From NCBI GenBank assembly GCA_046861655.1, contig JBHIAI010000020.1, positions 1 to 20,314 on the forward strand: a stretch of DNA of 20,314 nt, read 5' to 3'. Below, piece by piece: positions 1-8,919 of this stretch. The number at the start of each line of letters is the position of its first letter. Positions within the stretch are counted from its first letter, which is position 1. This DNA comes from Fidelibacterota bacterium (lineage in GTDB: Bacteria > Fidelibacterota > Marinisomatia > Marinisomatales > S15-B10). The translations under genes were made by a program, and so were the position numbers. The notes beneath the pieces are model-generated. The model was not told where the DNA came from and ran no database searches. It saw only the letters and a program-made list of their open reading frames with translations.

Positions 1-824
1 CCGCCTCCTATCTTCAAAACTCCTCTGTGTCCATTGAACTCATTCCCTCTTCCGGGGGAACCGCGAACCTTGACTGGTTGGCTGGCAGATTGGGGGAAGA
101 TGTTTCCGCGGTGGTCGTCCAGTCCCCGAACCGGCTGGGTGTCATCGAATCCTGGAAGGAGGTGGGAAAACTGTGTTCGGATCATCCCACTCTCTTCATC
201 GCTGTGGGAGATCCCCTGGCTTTCGGTTTGCTTGCCCCCCCCGGCGAGTGCGGTGCGGACGTATACGCGGGTGAAGGGCAGGTCCTGGGCTCCCCCGTCT
301 CTTTCGGGGGACCCTATCTCGGTCTTCTCGCCTCCCGGATGGAGTATGTCCGGAAAATCCCGGGAAGACTGGTGGGGGCGACGAGGGACGTGGAGGGGAG
401 GCCGGGCTTCGTGCTGGCCCTGCAGACCCGGGAACAGCACATTCGGCGGGAGCGGGCCACATCCAATATCTGCACCAACCAGGGCCTGGTTGCCTTAAGA
501 GCGGCCATCTACCTGGCCCTGATGGGGAGACAGGGCTACAAGGACGTGGCCGATCTGTGCTTTCAGAAGAGTCATTATGCCGCCCGGGAAATTGCCCGGA
601 TCCCGGGGTACTCGCTCCCCTTTGGGGAAACCTTTTTCAAGGAGTTTGTGGTCACCTGCCCCGTACCATCCGAGACCATCGTCCGTGAAGGGGTCAACAA
701 AGGAATTTTCCCCGGAACGCCGCTTAAGGATGATCCCCGTTTCCTGCGCATCGCGGTGACCGAGAATTCAACCCGGGAGGATATGGACCGCCTGGTGGCA
801 TTCCTGAGGGAATTCGGCCCATGA
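1..824 (+). CDS. gcvPA: Glycine dehydrogenase (decarboxylating) subunit 1, 5'-truncated by the window edge
   Basis: Frame is open from the window start. Motifs QSPNRLG, GEGQVLG, FGGPYLG, PGRLVG and LQTREQHIRRERATSNICTNQGL are typical of GcvPA. Confidence 0.95.
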   Translation, partial: ASYLQNSSVSIELIPSSGGTANLDWLAGRLGEDVSAVVVQSPNRLGVIESWKEVGKLCSDHPTLFIAVGDPLAFGLLAPPGECGADVYAGEGQVLGSPVSFGGPYLGLLASRMEYVRKIPGRLVGATRDVEGRPGFVLALQTREQHIRRERATSNICTNQGLVALRAAIYLALMGRQGYKDVADLCFQKSHYAAREIARIPGYSLPFGETFFKEFVVTCPVPSETIVREGVNKGIFPGTPLKDDPRFLRIAVTENSTREDMDRLVAFLREFGP

Positions 825-1567
825 AATCTGTTTTCGAACACCTGATGGCCGCAAAACGTGATAAAGGGGCGGGGTACCTGGTCCTGATCGATCCGGACAG
901 AAAAAACGATACCATTCTTGAGAACCTTGTCCTCGCCGTGAACGAAAGTGGTGCGGATGCATTGCTTGTGGGTGGGAGCCTCATCATGGATGGACGGTTC
1001 CAGGAAAGGGCGGCCACCATCAAGAGTCTGGCCCACATACCGGTGATCCTTTTCCCGGGGGCCGCCAGTCAGCTCGGACCCCACTGCGACGCCGTGCTAT
1101 TCATGTCGGTCATTACCGGACGAAATCCCAATTATCTCATCAATGAACAGGTCATCGCTGCCCCCCTTGTGAAGGACCTGGGTCTGGAGGCCATTCCTAC
1201 GGGCTACATGCTGTTTGAAGGGGGAGGAAACTCCACAGTGGAATTCATGAGCAATTCCCGGCCTCTGCCCCTGAACCGGTCTGACATCGCCGTGGCCCAC
1301 GGTCTCGCCGCGAAATACTTGGGAATGAAAATCCTGTATCTAGAGGCGGGCAGCGGTGCCACCTCATCCGTTCCCGGAGATACCATATCCGAGTTGGCCC
1401 GGGAAGTGGGACTTCCCCTGGTTGTGGGAGGGGGAATCCGGTCCCCGGAAGAGGCCGGTGAAAAGGTAGCCGCGGGAGCCAGCTTTGTGGTTATCGGAAC
1501 GGCGGCGGAAGAACCGGGGGTTTCCCCGTTACTCAAAGAATTTGCCAGGGCTATTCACGGGGACTGA
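821..1567 (+). CDS. Geranylgeranylglyceryl phosphate synthase, group II (GGGPS/PcrB family)
   Basis: LIDPD, VGGS, LFPG, GRNPNYLI, PTGY, YLEAGSGA, VGGGIRS and GASFVVIGT motifs; ATGA overlap with the gcvPA stop. Confidence 0.92.
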   Translation: MKSVFEHLMAAKRDKGAGYLVLIDPDRKNDTILENLVLAVNESGADALLVGGSLIMDGRFQERAATIKSLAHIPVILFPGAASQLGPHCDAVLFMSVITGRNPNYLINEQVIAAPLVKDLGLEAIPTGYMLFEGGGNSTVEFMSNSRPLPLNRSDIAVAHGLAAKYLGMKILYLEAGSGATSSVPGDTISELAREVGLPLVVGGGIRSPEEAGEKVAAGASFVVIGTAAEEPGVSPLLKEFARAIHGD

Positions 1568-1568
1568 C

Positions 1569-2147
1569 ATGAGCCGCCCGCGAAACACGATTGAGAATCA
1601 GCTCAAGGACAGTGTCCGGATCCTTGAGGAAATGGTTTCAGCCTGTTCCGGGGATATTCAAAAGGCAGCGAACCTGGTGATCCAGGCGGTGACGAACGGA
1701 GCCAAGGTTCTGTGGTGCGGCAACGGAGGCAGTGCCGCCCAGGCTCAGCACCTATCCACTGAACTCGTAGGGGGCCTCAGGGACCACAGCCGGCCGCCGG
1801 TTGCGTCCCTTTCCCTCACCACCGATTCTTCCCTGTTGACAGCCTGGTCCAACGACATCACCTTCGATACGGTTTTTTCGCGCCAGGTGGAGGCTCTGGG
1901 CCAGGAAGGGGATGTCCTGATGGCCATTTCCACCAGTGGAAATTCCACCAATGTCCTGAAGGCGGCGGAGGCGGCGAGAAAACGTGGCATCAAGACTATC
2001 GTTCTCACCGGCAGTGACGGCGGAATACTGAAACAGCGTGGGGACGTCGTTATCCAGATCCCCTCTGGGGACACCCAGCGCATCCAGGAAGGTCACATTA
2101 CCGCCGGACACATCATCTGCGACCTGGTGGAACAGGCTTTTCTGTAA
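1569..2147 (+). CDS. gmhA: D-sedoheptulose 7-phosphate isomerase (SIS domain)
   Basis: CGNGGSAAQAQH, FSRQVEALG, ISTSGNS and TQRIQEGH. Start moved to ATG 1569, 1 nt after the GGGPS stop. Confidence 0.9.
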   Translation: MSRPRNTIENQLKDSVRILEEMVSACSGDIQKAANLVIQAVTNGAKVLWCGNGGSAAQAQHLSTELVGGLRDHSRPPVASLSLTTDSSLLTAWSNDITFDTVFSRQVEALGQEGDVLMAISTSGNSTNVLKAAEAARKRGIKTIVLTGSDGGILKQRGDVVIQIPSGDTQRIQEGHITAGHIICDLVEQAFL

Positions 2148-2181
2148 TCATGGAAACTGAAAGAGCCCGGCCCGGGCTCGA

Positions 2182-3081
2182 TTGACCGTGGAAAGCTATG
2201 TACCGGACTTCCTTATTTCCCTTCGGGTGGAGCGAAATCTCTCTGCTCACACCGTCGAAGCCTACGAGCATGACTTATCCCGGTATCTTCAGTTTCTAAA
2301 ACAGATGGGTGTCTCGGCTTCCCTGGATGTTATCAAACCCTGGCACATCCGGGAGTACATCCGGATGCTCAACGATCTGGGCTTGAAACCCAGCAGCATT
2401 CGCAGGAATTTTTCCGTGATCCGGTCCTATCACCGCTTTCTTCTGGATGAAGGGTACAGCGAGACCAACCCATCCGAGCTTCTGGAAGCCCCCAAAATGC
2501 CCCGGAGACTTCCATCTGCCCTGGCGGTCCACGAGGTGGATACTCTGCTTTCGGCCATCGATACCTCCCGGCCTCTGGGAATCCGGGACAGGGCCATGCT
2601 GGAGTTGATGTACTCGGCCGGACTCCGGGTGTCGGAGTTGACCGGACTGACACTCTTGAATCTGCTGGCCAACAGGGGGTGGATTCGTATCGTGGGCAAG
2701 GGTTCCAAAGAACGCATCGTCCCCCTGGGAAAGGAAGCGGCCAGATGGATGGAAACCTATATCAACACCCAGCGTCCGTCCCTTCTGAAAAAAGGGAAGG
2801 CGACCGACGCCGTCTTCCTGAACCACAGGGGTGACCCCATTTCGAGGAAAGGGATCTGGAAGATCGTGAAGGGATACGCCCGGGAAGCCGGAATCAGAAA
2901 GCCGGTGAGTCCCCACACCCTGCGTCATTCCTTTGCCACCCACCTTCTGGAGGGAGGGGCGGACCTGCGGGTGGTTCAGGAGCTCCTGGGCCACGAGGAC
3001 ATCAGCACAACGGAGATCTATACCCACCTGGACCGAACCTATCTCAAAGAAGTGCACCGGACCTACCATCCCCGATGGTGA
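2182..3081 (+). CDS. xerD: Site-specific tyrosine recombinase XerD
   Basis: [29 protein letters not shown] and [38 protein letters not shown] (catalytic R-K-H-R-H-Y). Start is TTG 2182 or GTG 2188. Confidence 0.9.
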   Translation: MTVESYVPDFLISLRVERNLSAHTVEAYEHDLSRYLQFLKQMGVSASLDVIKPWHIREYIRMLNDLGLKPSSIRRNFSVIRSYHRFLLDEGYSETNPSELLEAPKMPRRLPSALAVHEVDTLLSAIDTSRPLGIRDRAMLELMYSAGLRVSELTGLTLLNLLANRGWIRIVGKGSKERIVPLGKEAARWMETYINTQRPSLLKKGKATDAVFLNHRGDPISRKGIWKIVKGYAREAGIRKPVSPHTLRHSFATHLLEGGADLRVVQELLGHEDISTTEIYTHLDRTYLKEVHRTYHPRW

Positions 3082-3707
3082 ATCAATTCATCCTCCTGAT
3101 CCCTGCCATTCTGGTTGCCATCACCTTTCATGAATACGCTCACGGGTGGGTGGCTCTCAGGCTGGGGGATCCCACAGCCAGGGCGGCGGGAAGGCTCACA
3201 CTGAATCCCGTTTCGCACCTGGACCCCGTGGGAACCCTGATGTTTTTTCTGGTGCATTTTGGATGGGCCCGGCCCGTACCCGTGGATCCCACGTATTTCC
3301 GTGATCCGAAACAGGGAATGGTGCGGGTGGCGGTGGCGGGACCGGTGATCAACATGGTCCTGGCCTTCCTTTCCGGTCTGGCCGTTACCGGTCTGCTGGT
3401 GTCCGGACTCGGTTATACGGCGGGGATGGCCGCCGTGACCACCATGCTGGTTTTGAGCCTGAAGATTAACCTGGCCCTGGCCGTGTTCAACCTGTTGCCC
3501 ATTCCGCCCCTGGATGGATCGAAGGTGCTCTACGGACTCCTGCCTCCCCGGTATGAGGGTATTGCCCATGATGTGGAAATGTACGGTCCGTGGGTGCTGG
3601 TAGGATTGATCGTCCTGGGACGCCTGTCCGGCGTGTCCGTGTTCTGGATGTTTATCGGTCCGTTCGTGAATTTCTTTTCGTCTTTGTTTACATTTGGGCT
3701 GATGTGA
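3075..3707 (+). CDS. Site-2 protease family (M50) membrane metalloprotease
   Basis: HEYAH zinc motif, [15 protein letters not shown] and [10 protein letters not shown]; several hydrophobic segments. Confidence 0.93.
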   Translation: MVNQFILLIPAILVAITFHEYAHGWVALRLGDPTARAAGRLTLNPVSHLDPVGTLMFFLVHFGWARPVPVDPTYFRDPKQGMVRVAVAGPVINMVLAFLSGLAVTGLLVSGLGYTAGMAAVTTMLVLSLKINLALAVFNLLPIPPLDGSKVLYGLLPPRYEGIAHDVEMYGPWVLVGLIVLGRLSGVSVFWMFIGPFVNFFSSLFTFGLM

Positions 3708-3709
3708 CC

Positions 3710-3768
3710 AGGAGTACAGGATCCAAATGGCCTCCGCTAGATTGATTCCGTTTGGATCCTGCACTCCT
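3710..3768. repeat. 21-bp-arm inverted repeat (hairpin) with 17-nt loop
   Basis: aggagtacaggatccaaatgg (3710-3730) and ccgtttggatcctgcactcct (3748-3768): 19/21 Watson-Crick pairs. Confidence 0.9.
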
Positions 3769-3894
3769 AATCGGGGGGTACGGTTCAGACGAATCACCCA
3801 GAGGCGAAAGGTCCGCAGACCCCTGTGGTGGTTAGTTATCCTGTTTTTCGTGATTCTGTTCTTGTTTCGCTACTTGAAAACCATTGCTGAGTAG
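3727..3894 (+). CDS. Small basic single-pass membrane protein (55 aa, hypothetical, absent from the ORF track)
   Basis: Manual translation MASARLIPFGSCTPNRGVRFRRITQRRKVRRPLWWLVILFFVILFLFRYLKTIAE*. AGGAG/AGGA lies upstream, the ORF fills the gap, and it stops 5 nt before the FTCD ATG. Exact start uncertain. Confidence 0.6.
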   Translation: MASARLIPFGSCTPNRGVRFRRITQRRKVRRPLWWLVILFFVILFLFRYLKTIAE

Positions 3895-3899
3895 AAGTC

Positions 3900-5576
3900 A
3901 TGGACAAGATCATTGAGTGTGTCCCCAACTTCAGTGAGGGACGCAATAAGGCCACTATCGACGCTATCGGTGAGAGCATTTCATCTGTTTCCGGGGCGTT
4001 CCTGCTGGATATGGACCGTGGCCATGCCACCAACCGGACGGTGGTGACGTTTGTGGGGTCGCCGGAGGGGGTCAAAGAGGCCGCCTTCCGGGCCATCCGA
4101 ACGGCCTCGGACCTCATCGATATGCGGCAGCATTCCGGTGCCCACGCCCGGATGGGCGCCACCGACGTCTGTCCTTTCATTCCCGTGAGGGGTGTGGACA
4201 TTGACGAATGCGTGACCATTGCCCGGGAAGTGGGCGAACGCGTCGCCCGGGAGCTGGGAATCCCCGTTTACCTGTACGAATATGCCGCAACCAGTCCGGA
4301 GCGAAAAAACCTTGCCAACATACGGAAAGGGGAATACGAAGGCCTGGAGCAAAAGCTCAAAGACGAGCACTGGAAGCCTGATTTTGGGGAGGCCACCTTC
4401 AACCCCAAGAGCGGGGCCACCGTGATCGGCGTTCGTGAATTCCTCATAGCCTACAACGTGAACCTGAATACGCGGGATATGAAATGGGCCAGCGACATTG
4501 CCCTGGATATTCGAGAAAAAGGGAGGGCCAAACGGGATGACGAGGGAAAAATCGCCCGCGACGACCAGGGGAGGATCATTCGCGTTCCCGGCCGGCTCAA
4601 GGAGTGCAAGGCAGTGGGATGGGTCATTGAGGAATACGGCAAGGCTCAGGTCTCCATCAATCTAACCAACTTCCGGGTGACACCGGTTCATGTGGCGTTC
4701 GAAACCGTCCGGGAGGAAGCCCGGAAAAGGGGTCTGAGAGTTACCGGAAGTGAAATCGTGGGCCTGGTTCCCCTGGAGGCCATGTTGATGGCAGGAACGT
4801 ATTATCTCAGGCAGCAGGGCAAAACGTCTGCCGTTCCCGAGAAAGAACTGGTCAGGGTTGCCGTGGAGTCCATGGGTCTGGAGGATGTGGCTCCCTTCGA
4901 TCCGGGACAGAAGATAGTGGAATACCGTGTGGCCCAGGCTTCCCCTCTTACGGCCATGACTGTAGTGGATTTTGCCCATGAGCTGTCAACTGGCAGTCCC
5001 GCTCCCGGGGGCGGATCGGTGTCTGCCCTGATGGGCACCCTGGGAGGTGCCCTTGTGAGCATGGTGGCCGCCCTGACTCACGGAAAAAAAGGAATGGAAT
5101 CAAGTCAACAGAAGATGGAAGAGATCGGCCGGAAAGCCCAGGATCTAAAGGACCGTCTGGTGGGACTCGTGCAGGAGGATACAGAGGCCTTCAACGCCAT
5201 GATGGCTGCCATGAGAATGAAACGCAAGACCGAGGAACAGAAGAAAGAGCGTCACCGGACCGTTCAAGCTGCCACCAGGAAAGCCGCCCTGGTGCCCCTC
5301 GATGTGGGCCGGGCATGCCTGGAGGTTTTGGAGCTGTCCCAGGTGGTGGCCCGGGAAGGCAATCCAAGTTCCGTCAGCGACGCAGGGGTGGCCGCCGATG
5401 CTGCCTATGCCGGGTTGAAAGGCGCCCGTTTGAATGTACTCATCAATCTCCCGGCCATCGAGGATGACGATTTCTGCCGGGAAATGAGGGAGATCATCGA
5501 TGATCTGGAGTCTCAAGCCCGGGATCTTCAGGTCAATGTGGCCCGGACGGTTCAGTCCGTTATCGAGAAGATGTGA
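3900..5576 (+). CDS. ftcD: Bifunctional glutamate formimidoyltransferase / formimidoyltetrahydrofolate cyclodeaminase
   Basis: N-terminal ECVPNFSEGR, HARMGATDVCPF and GSEIVGLVP; C-terminal cyclodeaminase SPAPGGGS, DTEAF and GNPSSVSDAGV. Confidence 0.95.
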   Translation: MDKIIECVPNFSEGRNKATIDAIGESISSVSGAFLLDMDRGHATNRTVVTFVGSPEGVKEAAFRAIRTASDLIDMRQHSGAHARMGATDVCPFIPVRGVDIDECVTIAREVGERVARELGIPVYLYEYAATSPERKNLANIRKGEYEGLEQKLKDEHWKPDFGEATFNPKSGATVIGVREFLIAYNVNLNTRDMKWASDIALDIREKGRAKRDDEGKIARDDQGRIIRVPGRLKECKAVGWVIEEYGKAQVSINLTNFRVTPVHVAFETVREEARKRGLRVTGSEIVGLVPLEAMLMAGTYYLRQQGKTSAVPEKELVRVAVESMGLEDVAPFDPGQKIVEYRVAQASPLTAMTVVDFAHELSTGSPAPGGGSVSALMGTLGGALVSMVAALTHGKKGMESSQQKMEEIGRKAQDLKDRLVGLVQEDTEAFNAMMAAMRMKRKTEEQKKERHRTVQAATRKAALVPLDVGRACLEVLELSQVVAREGNPSSVSDAGVAADAAYAGLKGARLNVLINLPAIEDDDFCREMREIIDDLESQARDLQVNVARTVQSVIEKM

Positions 5577-7314
5577 TGGGCAGAATCCACCGGCTCCACA
5601 GTGATGTAAGGAATAAGATTGCGGCCGGTGAGGTGGTGGAACGTCCCGCCTCAGTGGTGAAAGAGCTGGTGGAAAACAGTATCGACGCCCAGTCAACGGA
5701 AATCGAGATCATCGTCAGAGGGGGCGGCAACGTGTCCGTTCAGGTGGTGGACAACGGTGAGGGGATGACGGCCGATGATTTGACCCTGGCGTTTGAAAGG
5801 CATGCCACATCCCGTATTTCCACCGCTCAAGACCTGGAAAAAATCCACACCCTGGGATTTCGCGGGGAGGCTCTGGCCAGCATGGCTTCCGTGTCACAGG
5901 TCACGGCCCTCTCCACTCCAGATGGTCCCGAAAAGGGACATCAACTTACGGTGACCGGAGGAAGGATATCCCCTCCGGAACCTGCGCCCGTATCCGCTGG
6001 AACGTCCGTCACAGTGAGGGACCTGTTTTTCTCCGTCCCGGCCAGGCGTAAGTTCCTGAAAAGTCCCCAGACAGAAATCAGGCACATCATCCAGACCATC
6101 AGACGGTATGCCCTGGCCTATCCTGGTATCGCCTTTCGACTGGTTTCCGATGACCGGGAAGTATTCAACCTGGAGCCCGGGTCGCTGGAAGACCGGATTG
6201 CCAGAGTGTTCGACCCCACCTATGCAAAGAATCTCATCGCCGTTGACGGGGGAAAAGACCCGGTGACGATTCATGGGTACGTGGGGAATCTGAACATGGT
6301 CCGGAAACGAAGAGGCGAGCAATTCTTGTTTCTCAACGGCCGGTATATCGTAGACAGGTTGATGAACTCGGCCGTGTATTCGGCCTATGAGTCCCTCATT
6401 TCCAGGGGCGAGTTCCCATTCTTTATCATACACCTGGACATTCCGCCCGACCAGGCGGACGTTAACGTCCATCCCACCAAGATAGAAGTAAGATTCCGGG
6501 ACCAGTGGCGGGTGTACCACCTGTTGAAATCTTCTGTCGCCCGCGGCCTGTCGGACATTCTCAGGACCATCCCGGGATTCGAACGGAATCTGGAGGGTCA
6601 AGCGGCGTCAGCGACTCGGGATCAGGAAGGGATGTCGTTCAAAGCGGGGGCCTCCCCCGGAGCAGGGGGCGTACCCCCGAGAGCGTGGAGAGGGCCAAGG
6701 AATACGTGAAATCCATCGCTGTCCGGACATCTGAAAGTGGAAGGGTTGACCTTGACAACCTGTGGCAGATCCACAACAAGTACATCGTTTCGGAAATCAA
6801 GAGCGGTCTCGTCCTCATCGACCAGCATGTGGCCCACGAACGTGTCCTGTTCGAAAACGCCCTTCAAGCAATGGAGACCGCGGCCACGGCCACCCAGACC
6901 CTCCTGTTTCCCCAGGTTGCCGAACTGCCTCCGGACGACTATTCACTCCTGGTGGATCTGTTTCCTCACCTGCGGAACATAGGGTTCGAAATCAAGGAAT
7001 TCGGGAAGAATACCGTCCTCATTGAGGGCGTTCCTCCGGAAATGACGTGGGGGAACGAAAAGGAGATTCTGAAGCAAATCATCGATTCCTACCGGTCGGA
7101 CCGCAAGGAATTCCCTTCGTACCGGGAGGCGGTGGCGGCCTCTTTCGCGTGCCGGGCGGCGGTGAAAGCCGGGGATTCCCTCACCCGGGAGGAAATGCAA
7201 ACCCTGGTGGACAGGCTTTTCGCCACGAAACATCCCTATTATTGTCCTCACGGTCGACCCATCATCATCAATCTCACCCTGGACGAACTGGACCGGCGGT
7301 TTGAGCGGACCTGA
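5576..7314 (+). CDS. mutL: DNA mismatch repair protein MutL, split by a one-base frameshift in the linker (~6645-6680)
   Basis: First frame: IAAGEVVERPASVVKELVENSID, GFRGEAL, DVNVHPTK. Minus-1 frame: DQHVAHERVLFE endonuclease motif, QTLLFP clamp motif, ACR and CPHGRP. Confidence 0.93.
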
Positions 7315-8257
7315 TCCTCAGGTTCCTCAGGTTGTGGCCATCGTCGGTCCCACGGCAGCGGGGAAGTCCGCCGTCGCGGTGGAAGTGGCCTCCCATCTTA
7401 ACGGGGAAATCATCAGCCTGGATGCCCGGCAGGTATACCGGGATATGCCCATCGGGACTGCCCAGCCTCGGGATCGGGATCGAAAGAGGATTGAACATCA
7501 CCTCTACGGGTTCCGGGATCCTGGTGAACCGGTCTCCGCAGGGGAGGTCGCCCATCTGGTGGAAAAAACGGTCGAAGAGGTCCTGAGAAGGAAGCGTGTG
7601 CCTATCGTGTGCGGAGGGAGTGGACTGTATTACCGGGCCCTGACCCGGGGACTGTTTGAAGGAAGCCGCTCGGACCCTGGGATCCGGAAAAAGCTCAAGC
7701 GTGAGCTCGCTGAGAAGGGGGCCCAGGAGCTTCTGTCCAGGCTTGAGGAGATCGATCCCGAATACGCCCGGATCGTCCACCCCAACAACCACAAGCGGCT
7801 TCTGAGAGCCCTGGAGATCTTCGAAATCACGGGCCGTCCCCCAACGGAGCATTTCAAGCAGCAGCAGAAGAAAGAATCCCCGTTTCACTATTTCACGGTC
7901 TATCTGCGGGCGAACCCGGACTTTCTGGATGAGAAAATCCGGAGGCGCACGCAGGCCATGCTGGAAGCCGGATGGATCGACGAAACCAGACAGTTACTCG
8001 AAAAGGGGCTCGATCCCGCCCGGGCACCCATGGACAGCCTGGGATACAGGGAAATCATCCATTACCTGGAGGGCCGCCTCGGTCATGAAGAAATGGTGGA
8101 AAGGATCAACATTGCCACCCGCCAGTATGCTCGAAAACAGGTGAAGTGGTTCGATCGCGAGCCCGTAGACTTCCAGGTGGAACTTTCCTGGAACACCTCC
8201 CTCGATTCCGTTATCCCTGTCATCATAGAGCGGGTGAAAAAGAATTTGAGGGTTTGA
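7301..8257 (+). CDS. miaA: tRNA dimethylallyltransferase
   Basis: GPTAAGKS P-loop, DARQVYRDMPIGTAQP, GGSGLY, RALE and TRQYARKQVKWF; classic mutL-miaA order. Confidence 0.95.
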   Translation: MSGPDPQVPQVVAIVGPTAAGKSAVAVEVASHLNGEIISLDARQVYRDMPIGTAQPRDRDRKRIEHHLYGFRDPGEPVSAGEVAHLVEKTVEEVLRRKRVPIVCGGSGLYYRALTRGLFEGSRSDPGIRKKLKRELAEKGAQELLSRLEEIDPEYARIVHPNNHKRLLRALEIFEITGRPPTEHFKQQQKKESPFHYFTVYLRANPDFLDEKIRRRTQAMLEAGWIDETRQLLEKGLDPARAPMDSLGYREIIHYLEGRLGHEEMVERINIATRQYARKQVKWFDREPVDFQVELSWNTSLDSVIPVIIERVKKNLRV

Positions 8258-8287
8258 TACTTACGTGTAAATTGGGACCGAAGGAAT

Positions 8288-8323
8288 TGTCCTTTAAACG
8301 ATTCCTGTGAGAAGGCAAGGACA
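8288..8323 (+). promoter_or_regulatory. PyrR-binding RNA stem-loop (anti-antiterminator)
   Basis: tgtcctt/aaggaca stem with CUUUAA and an upper UUC-CUGUGA-GAA loop resembling the PyrR consensus; directly upstream of pyrR. Confidence 0.75.
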
Positions 8324-8334
8324 GAATGATCCGG

Positions 8335-8362
8335 AAATCCTCCCATCAAGGGGGGATTTTTT
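8335..8362 (+). terminator. Intrinsic terminator (attenuator) of the pyr leader
   Basis: aaatcctccc-atcaa-ggggggattt stem running into a T6 tract, ending 9 nt before the pyrR GTG. Confidence 0.8.
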
Positions 8363-8371
8363 CTATTCGGC

Positions 8372-8917
8372 GTGACCCCCTCGAAAAAATCCCGTCTTCT
8401 GAATACCGACGAAATCGACCGGATCCTCACCCGTCTGGCCCACGAAATCAAGGAGCGGTACTCGTCCATCGAGGAGGTGGGATTGATCGGAATCCGAACC
8501 CGGGGCGAATTCATCGCTTCCCGGGTCGCCTCCAAACTGAAGGAGCTGACGGGTCACACCGTCCCCATAGGCTTTCTCGATGTCACCTTTTACCGCGACG
8601 ATTTTCGGGAGCGCTTGATTCAACCTCAGGTCAAGGGGACCGATATCCCCTTTTTCATCGACGGGTTGACCATAATCCTGGTAGATGATGTTCTGTACAC
8701 CGGTCGAACCATCCGGTCGGCCCTGGATGAAATCATGGATTTCGGCCGCCCTGCCCGGGTGGCGGTGGCCGTCCTGGTGGACAGGGGTCACCGGGAAATG
8801 CCCATCAAGGGCGATTTCGTGGGCAAGAATATCCCTACGGCGGAAAAGGAACACGTTCTTGTAAGACTTAAGGAAGTAGACGACCAGGACGGTGTGTACC
8901 TGGTGAAATACGACTAG
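8372..8917 (+). CDS. pyrR: Bifunctional pyrimidine regulator / uracil phosphoribosyltransferase
   Basis: RLAHEI, GIRTRG, LDVTFYRDD, LVDDVLYTGRTIRSALD and DRGHREMPI. Confidence 0.95.
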   Translation: MTPSKKSRLLNTDEIDRILTRLAHEIKERYSSIEEVGLIGIRTRGEFIASRVASKLKELTGHTVPIGFLDVTFYRDDFRERLIQPQVKGTDIPFFIDGLTIILVDDVLYTGRTIRSALDEIMDFGRPARVAVAVLVDRGHREMPIKGDFVGKNIPTAEKEHVLVRLKEVDDQDGVYLVKYD

Positions 8918-8919
8918 AC

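Noticed and set aside
2182..3768. Integron (integrase plus attC-like hairpin)
   Set aside because: The recombinase looks like XerD with no IntI-specific insertion, and the hairpin lacks RYYYAAC/GTTRRRY ends.
3708..3899. 6S, SRP or tmRNA in the 190-nt gap
   Set aside because: No end-to-end pairing or signature motifs; the sORF plus hairpin explains the gap better.
4515..4590. RDDEGKI/RDDQGRI internal repeat in FTCD
   Set aside because: Short in-frame loop insertion of a kind I recall in other bacterial FTCDs; no sign of an intein or mobile element.
6505..6640. Independent start for a separate MutL C-terminal gene
   Set aside because: This stretch overlaps conserved MutL N-domain coding in the other frame; a single frameshifted gene is simpler.
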